In this document: positions 55,511 to 64,000 of the stretch, piece by piece
Position numbering within the stretch: the first letter of the stretch is position 1
Layout of the letters: each line of letters starts with the position of its first letter
Source of the DNA: a virus
Reading direction: 5' to 3' (one strand)
Length of the DNA: 64,000 bases
Virus record (IMG/VR): IMGVR_UViG_3300045988_093487
Made by a program: the position numbers and the translations under genes
The notes under the pieces: model-generated
Seen by the model: only the letters and a program-made list of their open reading frames with translations
Databases searched by the model: none
What the model was told of the DNA's origin: nothing

Positions 55511-56140
55511 TTATCTAACAAACATTGCTTTCCAAGTATTCATACCTACAATTCCATCGGCAGTTAGATTATGTGCTCTCTGGAATTTTTTTACCTCATC
55601 TTCAGTGTTCTTTCCAAATTGACCATCAATAGGTATACCAAGTTTCTTTTGAACGAATTTTACAGCACTTGCTTTACCAACATTCGTTCCGCGTTTGATA
55701 ATTGGCATTAGGTCAACTCTATAATATTCGTATACGCCAGCTCTTGCACAAAGCCAAAATGTTTCTCTTGGTCTGGTATCAACATGGATAAAGTTCGTGT
55801 TACCGTAGTAGTACACTCCAACACCATTCGTGATAGTTTGTGCGTAATATGCCAATTCAACAGCGGAAACACCAGCAATCTGGATATCTGCCGCCATACC
55901 TTTTACATGATAGGAACCAGCAGAACCACCGACCCTGCGGTTATGCTCTGGGGTACGATATGCAGAATTTATTACAACCGGCTTACCAAAATAGTCACGG
56001 ATTTTTTGTAGAACTTCAACGAGAGCTGTATCAATAAGAACGGAGTCAGAACCATCCTTACAGGCGAACTCTTTTACAGTAAAATTTGTAGATAATTTTG
56101 TATTACCGTGTTCCTTTAGACTGTATGTTTTAACAGCCAT
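55511..56140 (-). CDS. endolysin: M15 peptidase (VanY-like) with C-terminal peptidoglycan-binding domain
   Basis: SAYRTPEHNRRVGGSAGSYHVKGMAADIQI (M15 zinc peptidase); C-terminal FQRAHNLTADGIVGMNTWKAM (PG_binding_1-like). Confidence 0.7.
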   Translation of the reverse strand: MAVKTYSLKEHGNTKLSTNFTVKEFACKDGSDSVLIDTALVEVLQKIRDYFGKPVVINSAYRTPEHNRRVGGSAGSYHVKGMAADIQIAGVSAVELAYYAQTITNGVGVYYYGNTNFIHVDTRPRETFWLCARAGVYEYYRVDLMPIIKRGTNVGKASAVKFVQKKLGIPIDGQFGKNTEDEVKKFQRAHNLTADGIVGMNTWKAMFVR

Positions 56141-56583
56141 TATACCATCCCTTTCTTAGATAAATAATATTTAGGTTTTTCTTCGTGGAACAAGAAGTAT
56201 CTTAAATAATCGTCAACGATAATAGCAACGATGCATAAGAAAAACCACAGAATAGTAAACGGTAAGCAAATCTAACCAAGAATATTAAATGGTAGATTTG
56301 AATAATCCCAAATGTGAAGACCCAGAAATAGATTTAGTATAATTCCTGCGATAAACTCACAACACGTTACAACAAGTGCACCAATTATAGACTGTTTCCA
56401 AATTTCCATTTTCCAAGGTAGATAATTATTTAATCCACCAATGACAACAAAACAAAAACCTCCAAGAACGCCCATTGTCCAATGAGTATGTCCGCGACAA
56501 AGCATCTCTATTCCGCAATATGCAAAACCACCAATTAAAAACAAGATTATAATTTTAAGTGATTCTTTTGCAAGATTTCTCAT
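56141..56583 (-). CDS. membrane protein with in-frame TAG; readthrough form ends in a TAATG overlap with the endolysin start
   Basis: 103 codons, TAG at 56272-56274, then 43 more in-frame codons including a TM helix (ICLPFTILWFFLCIVAIIV) ending at TAA 56140-56142, which overlaps the endolysin ATG. Confidence 0.55.
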
Positions 56584-56592
56584 ACAATCACC

Positions 56593-57228
56593 TTATTCAT
56601 ATTTAATCTCAATATTGTCAACTTCATTTTTAGATTTGCATTCTTTAATTTTTACTTCAATATCTTGTTGCTTAGATACTATTGGTTTTACATATTTAAC
56701 AATAGCGAGAGACAGCGCCGCAAGATTTTCGTAAGTCCACGCCCTACATCTATCTCCTGTTGTATTCCATGTAAGTTCCATAGGTTCCCCGATTGTAGAT
56801 GAAATTTGATAGGCGGCAAGGTTGCTTGTCAATAGCGCTTGTTTTTCTTCTGTAACAGAATAATATTCTCCATCAATCCATTGGAGTGGATGAGACGCAA
56901 GATACTCTTTAAGGTCGGTTTTGGATTTTGCGATTTTAGTATTTTTAATTTCGTTTAGTTTTGCTTCTAGCTCTTCTGCTGTATATAAGATGTATTTTTG
57001 AATTGGGATTTCTTCATCCCAAGCTCCTTTTGCTTCTACCGCTTCAACATCAACAATTTTTTTTACATCTTTGCCGCCATTTGGATATTCGGCAATGGTT
57101 TCATAATGAAATTTTTCTTTTACTTCATCAACTTTGTCATGGTGGATTGTTTTAATGTCATTTATAAGATATCCAAGTTCAAGATTAGGGTTGAAAATTT
57201 CATTCCCAGTTTCATCAATTATTTCCAT
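56593..57228 (-). CDS. hypothetical protein (structural?)
   Basis: 211 aa ORF. Confidence 0.45.
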   Translation of the reverse strand: MEIIDETGNEIFNPNLELGYLINDIKTIHHDKVDEVKEKFHYETIAEYPNGGKDVKKIVDVEAVEAKGAWDEEIPIQKYILYTAEELEAKLNEIKNTKIAKSKTDLKEYLASHPLQWIDGEYYSVTEEKQALLTSNLAAYQISSTIGEPMELTWNTTGDRCRAWTYENLAALSLAIVKYVKPIVSKQQDIEVKIKECKSKNEVDNIEIKYE

Positions 57229-57256
57229 TTTCTTCTCCTTTCTTCGGTTTTCCGGT

Positions 57257-58054
57257 TTACGCTACCACATGCCCAGTGTCGTCCACCGTCGCGTCCTGCG
57301 GCAGAATTATACAGGGGCGGATACCAGCCAAGTCGTAGCAGGCGAAAGTACTCCGGTCGCCAACGGAGTCGATAGTAATGGCATATCCACTGTCGGCACA
57401 GAATGGAGAGCGGAGCCACCAGTATGTGGCAGAGCCGTCGAGGAATGCGATACGCTTAGAATCCGAGCTATCATCCGCACAGCCCTTGAAATAGGCCAGC
57501 TCCGCACCTTCGCCGCTCGGCATATAGGGGAAGTTGAAACTCGTTTCGGTCGCACTGAGCAGGAAAATCTTCGCAGACAGGCCGTTCGAGCCGCTGGTGA
57601 CAATCGTAGACGTGTTGCCGCCTTTGCGGTACGGGAGCTTTACCTGCTTGATGGCGTTCTTGATGTTCGGCTCGAGAAGGTTTAGGAATGTGCTGTTCAG
57701 GTAGGAGTGGATGGTGCTGTTGGCGTAGTCGTTAGTGCCCGAACTACGCCACTGGCTGTTTTCGTAGATGTCTTTCATCAGCAGCCACGTGCCATTGCAG
57801 CTTGCGTCATAAATACCAGCATCCGGAATGCCCTGATGCACCACCAGCCAGTCGTAGTCCTTGCCGCTCACGGCGATTTTGACGGTCTTACCCACTTCGT
57901 AGCCGCCAAGCAGCGTGCCGCGCTGATACCACAATCTAGCAACCCCATTCACACCAATGTATGCCTTCTGGACTTGACGTGCTTTACCGTCTACTCCGAT
58001 ATACATCTTGGAGATGCTTTTCGCCACCCCCCCAATTCCGATATATGCACTCAT
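57257..58054 (-). CDS. putative receptor-binding protein with DUF1566/C-type-lectin-like C-terminus; candidate DGR target
   Basis: C-terminal ATYWWLRSPFCADSGYAITIDSVGDRSTFACYDLAGIRPCIILP resembles the DUF1566 ending (YW..S...A...G...VRP); the whole gene is far more GC-rich than the phage; GC-driven overlapping ORFs in other frames are artefacts. Confidence 0.5.
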   Translation of the reverse strand: MSAYIGIGGVAKSISKMYIGVDGKARQVQKAYIGVNGVARLWYQRGTLLGGYEVGKTVKIAVSGKDYDWLVVHQGIPDAGIYDASCNGTWLLMKDIYENSQWRSSGTNDYANSTIHSYLNSTFLNLLEPNIKNAIKQVKLPYRKGGNTSTIVTSGSNGLSAKIFLLSATETSFNFPYMPSGEGAELAYFKGCADDSSDSKRIAFLDGSATYWWLRSPFCADSGYAITIDSVGDRSTFACYDLAGIRPCIILPQDATVDDTGHVVA

Positions 58055-58070
58055 ATTGATTACCCCCTGT

Positions 58071-58730
58071 TTATCCTGAAATTGCAGTCGTCAATTTCCC
58101 TGCAATCACCTGTATCTGAGCATTCGCAGCAGTCAAAATATTTTCTACGTTTGTCTGCAAGTCAGAAGGCAACGTATCACCATACCGAATTGCAGAAATA
58201 GTTTCAATTTTATCCTCTCGTTTAATCCATTGACGTAATGCATTACAATATGTCGTTTGCTGAGTAACAAAACCTTTTGCGGCGATGTATAGTTCCATTA
58301 TATCAGAAGCACTATACATTTCGCATGGTTCACCATCTGCATGGTATGGGTATTCAGTCGCTCCAAGAGTGATTGCAGAAAAGATTCCGTCAATATTAGT
58401 TTGGTCATTTGCTGTTAAACTAAAATGTTTCTTACCAACACTTAGCTCGACATCAACACCGCTGTATATTACTTGTTCACAAATAGACGACATTTCGTCT
58501 AGCTTACTCTGACGTACTTCGTCAATGGTTGGCTCTACAGATTCTGGTTCTAGCGTAGGTTCCGGGACTTCTCCATATTCGTAGACAGTGTAGTATCCAT
58601 TATCCATGGAAATGCCCCAATACTTTTCGCCGGGTTTAGCAGAACCATTATGTTCATCCACCGCACTCTCAATGGAAGAATAATCCGCATTTTTAATCTC
58701 AACCTTATAGTTTGGGATAATTTTATCCAT
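58071..58730 (-). CDS. hypothetical protein (structural?)
   Basis: 219 aa ORF with RBS aaggagg. Confidence 0.45.
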   Translation of the reverse strand: MDKIIPNYKVEIKNADYSSIESAVDEHNGSAKPGEKYWGISMDNGYYTVYEYGEVPEPTLEPESVEPTIDEVRQSKLDEMSSICEQVIYSGVDVELSVGKKHFSLTANDQTNIDGIFSAITLGATEYPYHADGEPCEMYSASDIMELYIAAKGFVTQQTTYCNALRQWIKREDKIETISAIRYGDTLPSDLQTNVENILTAANAQIQVIAGKLTTAISG

Positions 58731-58745
58731 AACTCAAACACCTCC

Positions 58746-58979
58746 TTACGAATAAACGAACAAGACTGTATCGGTCTCCAAAGGGCTTCCGGCTCCGGGG
58801 TCAGATGTCTATGCCTTGAATTTAAAATTATTTACATTATCAATAGATTCTACATTGATTGTTCCATCGCTTTCTACATTTATTCCCTTACCTATTTTAA
58901 CCCCGCCAATATCCTCTTTGGTTGCAGGGGAAAGGGCCATATATCCACCTATAGACGTTGGGCCATAAGCCATATTCAT
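58746..58979 (-). CDS. small tail-fibre-like protein with in-frame TAG
   Basis: MNMAYGPTSIGGYMALSPATKEDIGGVKIGKGINVESDGTINVE shares the GGVKVGSGLTVDADGTLS motif with the large fibre; TAG at 58809-58811, then 20 codons ending at a TAA that overlaps the next gene's RBS (TAAGGAGG). Confidence 0.4.
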
Positions 58980-59104
58980 TCCTCCTTTTATTATATTTAA
59001 TTTTTATTATAATGTAATTTAAACAAATCATAAAATAATCATCGAAAAACAATAAGACCGCGTTTTGATGGGTGCTACAAATGGGAGTTATGGAAACGTA
59101 TAAA

Positions 59105-62100
59105 TTAACCAACTCTTTTCCAGATGTGCACATAGTAGGCGGCGGGCTGCACGGTATAGCTGCGACCGTAGATTGAGTTCGAGCGGGAAGCATCAAAGTA
59201 AACATCATACGTCGAACCTGACGTACCACTGTAGCCACCCCAAGAAGTATTGATTTCTACGAATTTTAAAGCTCCCGATGATTTCAAAGACGCTTTTGAA
59301 CCACGGAATGGGGAGGACTCTGCGGTTGCTTCTATTAAGCTGCCCGTGATGTTCGGCAGTCCGGCCTCCACCGTGCTTCCCGCTGTGTAGCCTGTGCCAG
59401 CACCCATCAGCACGCGGTTAAATGCAATCTCCTGCCATGTACCGCCGAACAGTGCGGCGGGACTGGTAGTGCTGACTGTTTGAAAAATACTGCCCACCGG
59501 GTAGGCAGACAGGCCGCTGTCCGCAGAAAGTGTTCCGTCCGCATCGACCGTCAGACCGCTGCCCACCTTCACGCCGCCCAGCGTGGTGGCGGTGGCAGCA
59601 GGGAGGGTGTATTCCTGAGCATCAGCACTCAATACACCTTTATTAGAAACTTTTAGCCCCTCTCCTACAATGATGCCACCTAGCTCTGTCGTCGTTGCAG
59701 GGGGCAGCATTGCTCCACCAATAGGGGTTTGACCAAAACTCATAAGGATATCTTCTCGGATAATGTAATAAAAAGCTTTAATAGATTCCGTTGGGATGTT
59801 ACGAGCACGGATTCTCAAATAATTAGGTAATGATTCTGTTGAAGTAAAATAACATTTTTTAGCGACTACATTACTATCTGGTGCAATGACAAGTGCAACA
59901 CAATCACTTCCTGTAATTCCTGTAGCTACAATGTCAATATAATTCGGATATGCAGAGTTACTATCTTGGTTCCATCCAGTTGTGGGAATCGTAATAGATA
60001 CAAGATTTATTTTTTCTGCTGCCTCATAACCAAGTGCTCCGTCAACGTTGTCTTTTATTAAACTAATCAAGCCTTTATTACCAACTGTAATATTGTCTCC
60101 AATTTGTACAATACCGGCATTAGTTCTCGTAGCATAATTAGTGTCTGTAACAACGCTTGTTTTAGAATAAGGAGTGATAGCTTGGTCAACAGAGGGGGCA
60201 TTTGCGGAGTATTTTAATACATATCCCCAATTGTCTTTTTTAGCTATAGATACATTGATAATAGAATTAAAGAATGTAGAGTCCGTGTTTATCCATAGTT
60301 CTGCATTACTCTGACCGTTTCCACCCGATGTTGGGATTAAATAGAAAAACTCTTTTTTTGTTGAATTGTTTTCGATATCTACATCGGAAGATTTTAGCTT
60401 ATCATCATACATAATATAAGAGAAAATGTAGGCTGTAGACAAATCGTTACTATTTGTTTGTGCTAAGTCATGGATGAATAATGTAATATTCTTACTATAA
60501 GCGACAGAGTTATTTTCTGTTGAAACAATTGTAGGACAGTTAATCTCAATTTTTATTAAATCACCGTCTGATGTGTTAGAAATGTTTCCTACATGAAACC
60601 ATGTTTGTCCGGTTACAGTAGACGCAGGGATGGTTTCTGTTAATATATATCCTTTTGGAGCAGCGCCGTCAATTGTGCTCGTCTCATTATTGCCCTTTGT
60701 GATGATGATTTTATCCCCTGTTGGACGCAAATCTTTGATGTACGTCGCATCTATTTGTTGACCAATAGAGTCATTTGTTGCGCTGTCTGCGCTAGTCGCA
60801 GTGTCAGCGTTACCAGTTAGATTACCAACAAACTTAGCATCACCGCTCATAGTAATGTCGCCAGTCATTGTACCGCCACTAAGTTTCAACGTGCCAACTA
60901 ATGCGTTTGCTACATTAGTCTCGCTTGTTTTAGCATTAGTTTCACTAATCTTCGCTTTATCTTCAGATGCCTTTGCTGCGTTTTGACTTACAAGAGCAGC
61001 GGCGGCAGATGCTGCGGCATCATTAGCAGATTGCTGTGAATTATCCGCATAGCTACTTGCGTTCTGTTCTGAAGCAGCAGCGTTAGTCTCGCTTGTTTTA
61101 GCATTAGTTTCACTAATCTTCGCTTTATCTTCAGATGCCTTTGCTGCGTTTTGACTTACAAGAGCAGCGGCGGCAGATGCTGCGGCATCATTAGCAGATT
61201 GCTGTGAATTATCCGCATAGCTACTTGCGTTCTGTTCTGAAGCAGCAGCGTTAGTCTCGCTTGTTTTAGCATTAGTTTCACTAATCTTCGCTTTATCTTC
61301 AGATGCCTTTGCTGCGTTTTGACTTGCAAGAGCAGCGGCGGCAGATGCAGCGGCATCATCAGCAGATTGCTGTGAATTATCCGCATAGCTACTTGCGTTC
61401 TGTTCTGAAGCAGTTGCGTTTATTTCTGATTGCTTTGCCGCCTTTTCTGATGCCAATGCTTTGGTTTCACTGGTTTTAGCAGCATTTTGAGAATTTAAAG
61501 AGGCTTGTGCCGAATTTGCAGAATCACTTGCAGAACTAGCCGAATCATCAGCGCTTGTCTTAGATGCGTTTTCTGAAGCTTTCGCGTTTTGTTCCGAAAT
61601 CTTAGCATTAGCTTCTGATGTAGCAGATGCAGTCTATGAAGCCTTTGCTTTATTTGCACTATCCGCTGCATTTGTCTCCGATGTCGCGGCATTCTGCTCA
61701 GACTGTTTAGCATTAGCTTCAGAAGTAGCGGCGGCTTGTGCAGATTTTTGAGCAGCAATCTGATAATTATGTGCATTTATTTCAGATTGTCTAATACTCT
61801 CAGCGGAAGCAGCGGCGGCATCTTTATATGCGTTTGCGTTAGCTTCAGAAGCGGCTGCATTACTAGCTGATACGGCTGCTGCATTTTTATAACTTTCTGC
61901 ATTGACTTCAGAAGCCTTTGCGTTGTCTTCAGACTTCTTAGCGGCCTCGGCAGCATTCATAGCGTCATCGTGGTAGCTACCAATTATTTTTTGGAATGTT
62001 GCAATAGCATCTGTCCAAACATCTGGATTTTTTGATGCAGAACCAACATCGAGCAGTCCTTTTTCGATATTCAAAACCTATGGTTTTGTATGTAAAATAT

Positions 62101-62461
62101 ACTAACCTTCTTCTGCCGCATCAGTAATGCGCCCATCATATATAGAAATATCATAAGTCAAAGTACCACTCGCGGCAGTTGCCTTTTGACTTAAATACCA
62201 AGGGAATATAATATATCTTTTTTCTCCATCAGTCTTAACTTCGCGAGTGTCGGAAAAGAAAGTATCAAATTGACCAAGAGCATTAACATACCGAATAGCT
62301 AAGATTTTATCTGTAATATCAACATCATCAATAACAGCCGGAATCTTAAACTTCAGAATACGCGAGTCGTTATCGTCAACAACAGCGATATTTTCCGTTG
62401 CGCATGGTACAATATCTCTATTTCTAATTTCAAAAATATATGAACTCAAATATTTCACCAT
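59105..62461 (-). CDS. tail fibre protein (about 1119 codons) containing three in-frame TAG codons
   Basis: ORFs 62102-62461, 61634-62074 and 59105-61456 are all in one frame, separated only by TAG codons at 62102-62104, 62078-62080 and 61634-61636; the Ala/Ser-rich repeat sequence continues unbroken across the 61634 TAG; no ATG or usable RBS exists for the internal segments; start ATG 62461 has RBS gaagga. Confidence 0.65.
60915..61420 (-). repeat. three near-identical tandem 168-bp (56-aa) repeats inside the tail fibre gene
   Basis: period 168 bp from ttagtctcgcttg at 60915, 61083 and 61251; encodes ASEQNASSYADNSQQSANDAAASAAAALVSQNAAKASEDKAKISETNAKTSETNAA three times. Confidence 0.8.
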
Positions 62462-62477
62462 CCTTCAAAAATATAAT

Positions 62478-62510
62478 TAGCATCCTCTAAACGAGGATGC
62501 CAACAGTTTA
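62478..62510 (-). terminator. rho-independent terminator (minus strand)
   Basis: minus-strand hairpin gcatcctcgtttagaggatgc followed by taattatattttt. Confidence 0.6.
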
Positions 62511-62515
62511 CTCTT

Positions 62516-62663
62516 AGATAAACTTTTCACCAGTAATATATTCATACTCTTCTGGAGTAATCCATCCCTTAGTGGTCACATTGTAAACCATCTGCTTAGT
62601 CCAGAATCCAGAATCGTAGTAATATTTAGCCTTCTTGCCATGAACGGACAATTCCATATCAGT
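62516..62663 (-). CDS. XkdX-like small phage protein
   Basis: 48 aa MTDMELSVHGKKAKYYYDSGFWTKQMVYNVTTKGWITPEEYEYITGEKFI with the XkdX-like ITxEEY..ITGE ending; family assignment from memory. Confidence 0.4.
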
Positions 62664-62671
62664 CATATATT

Positions 62672-62837
62672 AGTCCTCCATTCCTACTTCATCAGAAGCA
62701 ACTGCGTCAGTTGGCAAATCAATATCAGACATCACGGCAATATACTCAATCAGTGATTGCTGATTGCTAATCTGTGCATTACGATATTCTGCCATTTTCT
62801 CCTCATGAGGAGACATGATTGCCTTTTCAAATACCAT
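62672..62837 (-). CDS. hypothetical small protein
   Basis: 55 aa ORF between the reverse transcriptase and the XkdX-like gene. Confidence 0.3.
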
Positions 62838-62841
62838 AATT

Positions 62842-63888
62842 CTACCTCCATAATTCGTAATAGAATTGATTCATCCTTTGTATTAGCTTATATGAATTAC
62901 CATGTTCTGCATGAGCAACCCAACAGCTATAACATTGGTCTATCTTTTCTTTAGTTCTACGACCTTTTACAACAAGTTTAACCATTTTGCGCAATTTACG
63001 CTTTTCGTTCTTAACATTATCACCAAGAATTGACATAACAACTTTGCCAGTTTCAGTAAGCCTGAACTTAAATCCCAAGAAAGGAATACCCTGACCAACT
63101 CTATACAGTTTAGTTTTCTTAGGATGTAGTTCAAGACCAATTTTAGCTAATTCTTCTTGAATCTCGTGCATACACTTAATCAAGTAATTTCTGTCGTGAT
63201 GAATAAGAACAAAATCATCCATATATCTGATATAATACTTAATGTGCATACGTTCTTTAATCTTATGGTCAAGTTTATCCAGAACAGAAATGCCAGCAAT
63301 CTGAACGACTTGGCTACCGGGATTATACCCGGTATCACCGAGATATTGTTCATTTAATATTCTACAGACTCTATCTGCATATTCTGCTGGTAATTTCTCT
63401 CTAAACAAGGCATTTGTTGTATCGTGCCGCATATTATCATAATAGTGTTTAATGTCGCATTGAAGAACCCAAGCATCAAGACCGTTCTTTCTATAGCATC
63501 TTTGCAGATGACATTTTAAACGACCTCTAGCAAAATCAGTTCCTTTTCCTTTTTGACAAGCACAATTATCATAAATAAAACTTCGAGTCATTAACGGATA
63601 CACTATATTGTCATTAAGGCTACGTTGATACACTCTGTCTCTAAAAGCTATGCTTACAGCAATTCTTTCTTTTGGATGAGTGATATGAACCGTCTTAGTC
63701 GGGCGAGGTTGGTATGTTCCGTCTGCTAGTTGCTTTTCCAATTTAAGAACCTGTTCAATTCCATGAATATAGAAATTAGCAACAGATTCTTTCCAGCTAA
63801 CATTTTTCTTACACTTATATAAAGAATCAAGTAGGTGCTCGAAGTCTAGGACATTTACTACTTGATTCGATTCCTAATTGTTACTCAT
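62842..63888 (-). CDS. reverse transcriptase, DGR-type, with in-frame TAG at codon 5
   Basis: GTYQP, RIAVSIAFRDRVYQRSL, QCDIKHYYDNM (motif A), GYNPGSQVVQIAGI (SQ variant of the QGxxxSP motif, the DGR hallmark), YIRYMDDFVLI (YxDD); the conserved N-terminus LDFEHLLDSLYKCKK... is reachable only from ATG 63888 through the TAG at 63874-63876; the ORF track starts at an internal TTG; the gene ends with TAG at 62842-62844 and a TGA 5 codons later. Confidence 0.65.
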
Positions 63889-64000
63889 TAAACTTTGACC
63901 CAACAACTAAACTAAGCCGTATATAGGCGTACTGGCTCGAAAGCCAACGCCATCGGCATAGAGTGGTTTAGTTATCTTTTATAATTTTTAAAGCAAGATA

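Noticed and set aside
57134-57685. Plus-strand 183-aa ORF, and other long overlapping ORFs (57307-57603, 57707-58201, 57219-57419), inside the 57257-58054 gene
   Set aside because: These are artefacts of the locally high GC content, which produces few stop codons in any frame. The minus-strand frame carries the recognisable DUF1566-like protein.
60915-61420. Tandem 168-bp repeats considered as a CRISPR-like or minisatellite array
   Set aside because: The period is a multiple of 3 and the repeats sit inside the tail-fibre ORF, encoding typical Ala/Ser-rich phage fibre repeats. There are no spacers or direct-repeat/spacer architecture.
62590-62640. ccagaatcgtagtaat in the XkdX-like gene resembling ccagccaagtcgtagcagg of the candidate variable region
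   Set aside because: The similarity is explained by both encoding Tyr-Asp (tacgac / tacgat) contexts. It is too short and falls inside an unrelated coding region.
63896-63962. Stretch just upstream of the reverse transcriptase start that shares short motifs (aag.cgta, ggcg, tact, tcg, ccaacg, cgatag.a.tgg) with the candidate variable region at 57318-57400; considered as a DGR template repeat
   Set aside because: The shared 5-7 nt motifs occur in a different order with indels between them, unlike the collinear near-identity expected for a template/variable pair. The region is also AT-rich while the candidate variable region is GC-rich. Probably coincidental.

Overview
This window is a tightly packed double-stranded DNA phage segment, AT-rich (roughly 38-40% GC by eye). 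Positions 1-55,150 are plus-strand early and middle genes. Positions 55,180-63,890 are minus-strand lysis, tail-fibre and reverse-transcriptase genes.

What I can recognise:
- An RNA/tRNA repair toolkit: RNA ligase, a polynucleotide kinase fused to an HD domain, a Thg1-like tRNA 3'-5' polymerase, a CCA-adding enzyme, a PIN-PhoH protein, and a cluster of about 17 tRNA or tRNA-like genes.
- A replication and recombination module: a Sak4-like ATPase, SSB, a Cas4/RecB-like nuclease, a primase-helicase, and a DnaE-type polymerase split by a group I intron that carries a homing endonuclease.
- A nucleotide-metabolism block: PurA/PurZ-like adenylosuccinate synthetase, dNMP kinase, dUTPase, FolD, ThyX, UDG, a DNPH1-like protein, a NADAR protein and a PRTase-like protein.
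- Two SPFH/flotillin proteins, two vWA proteins, a GIY-YIG and an Hjc-like homing endonuclease.
- A lysis cassette (holin-like protein, M15 endolysin, SLT transglycosylase), tail-fibre genes, and a DGR-type reverse transcriptase at the window edge.

Three things stand out as unusual:
1. Both Dam-like DNA adenine methyltransferase genes are interrupted by short internal segments that lie inverted between perfect or near-perfect 14-16 bp inverted repeats. Flipping either segment in silico restores an intact full-length methyltransferase ORF in frame. These look like two independent invertible on/off switches inside catalytic coding sequence.
2. TAG is almost never used as a terminator, and at least eight genes carry in-frame TAG codons followed by conserved protein sequence. 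These are the Cas4-like nuclease, the reverse transcriptase, a tail fibre of about 1119 codons, a membrane protein ending in a TAATG overlap with the endolysin start, a small fibre-like protein, the SLT transglycosylase, and the Hjc-like endonuclease. This points to amber-codon recoding or suppression. No tRNA with a CTA anticodon was found in the window.
3. A DGR-type reverse transcriptase sits next to compositionally foreign (GC-rich) receptor-binding genes, one of which ends in a DUF1566/C-type-lectin-like variable-region-like motif. No template repeat was found inside the window.

Also notable is a strongly conserved sigma70-like promoter family (consensus aaaaCCCCTTGACa, 17 bp spacer, TATAATAtAGG). 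Several copies have their -35 element placed in the loop of a terminator-like hairpin.
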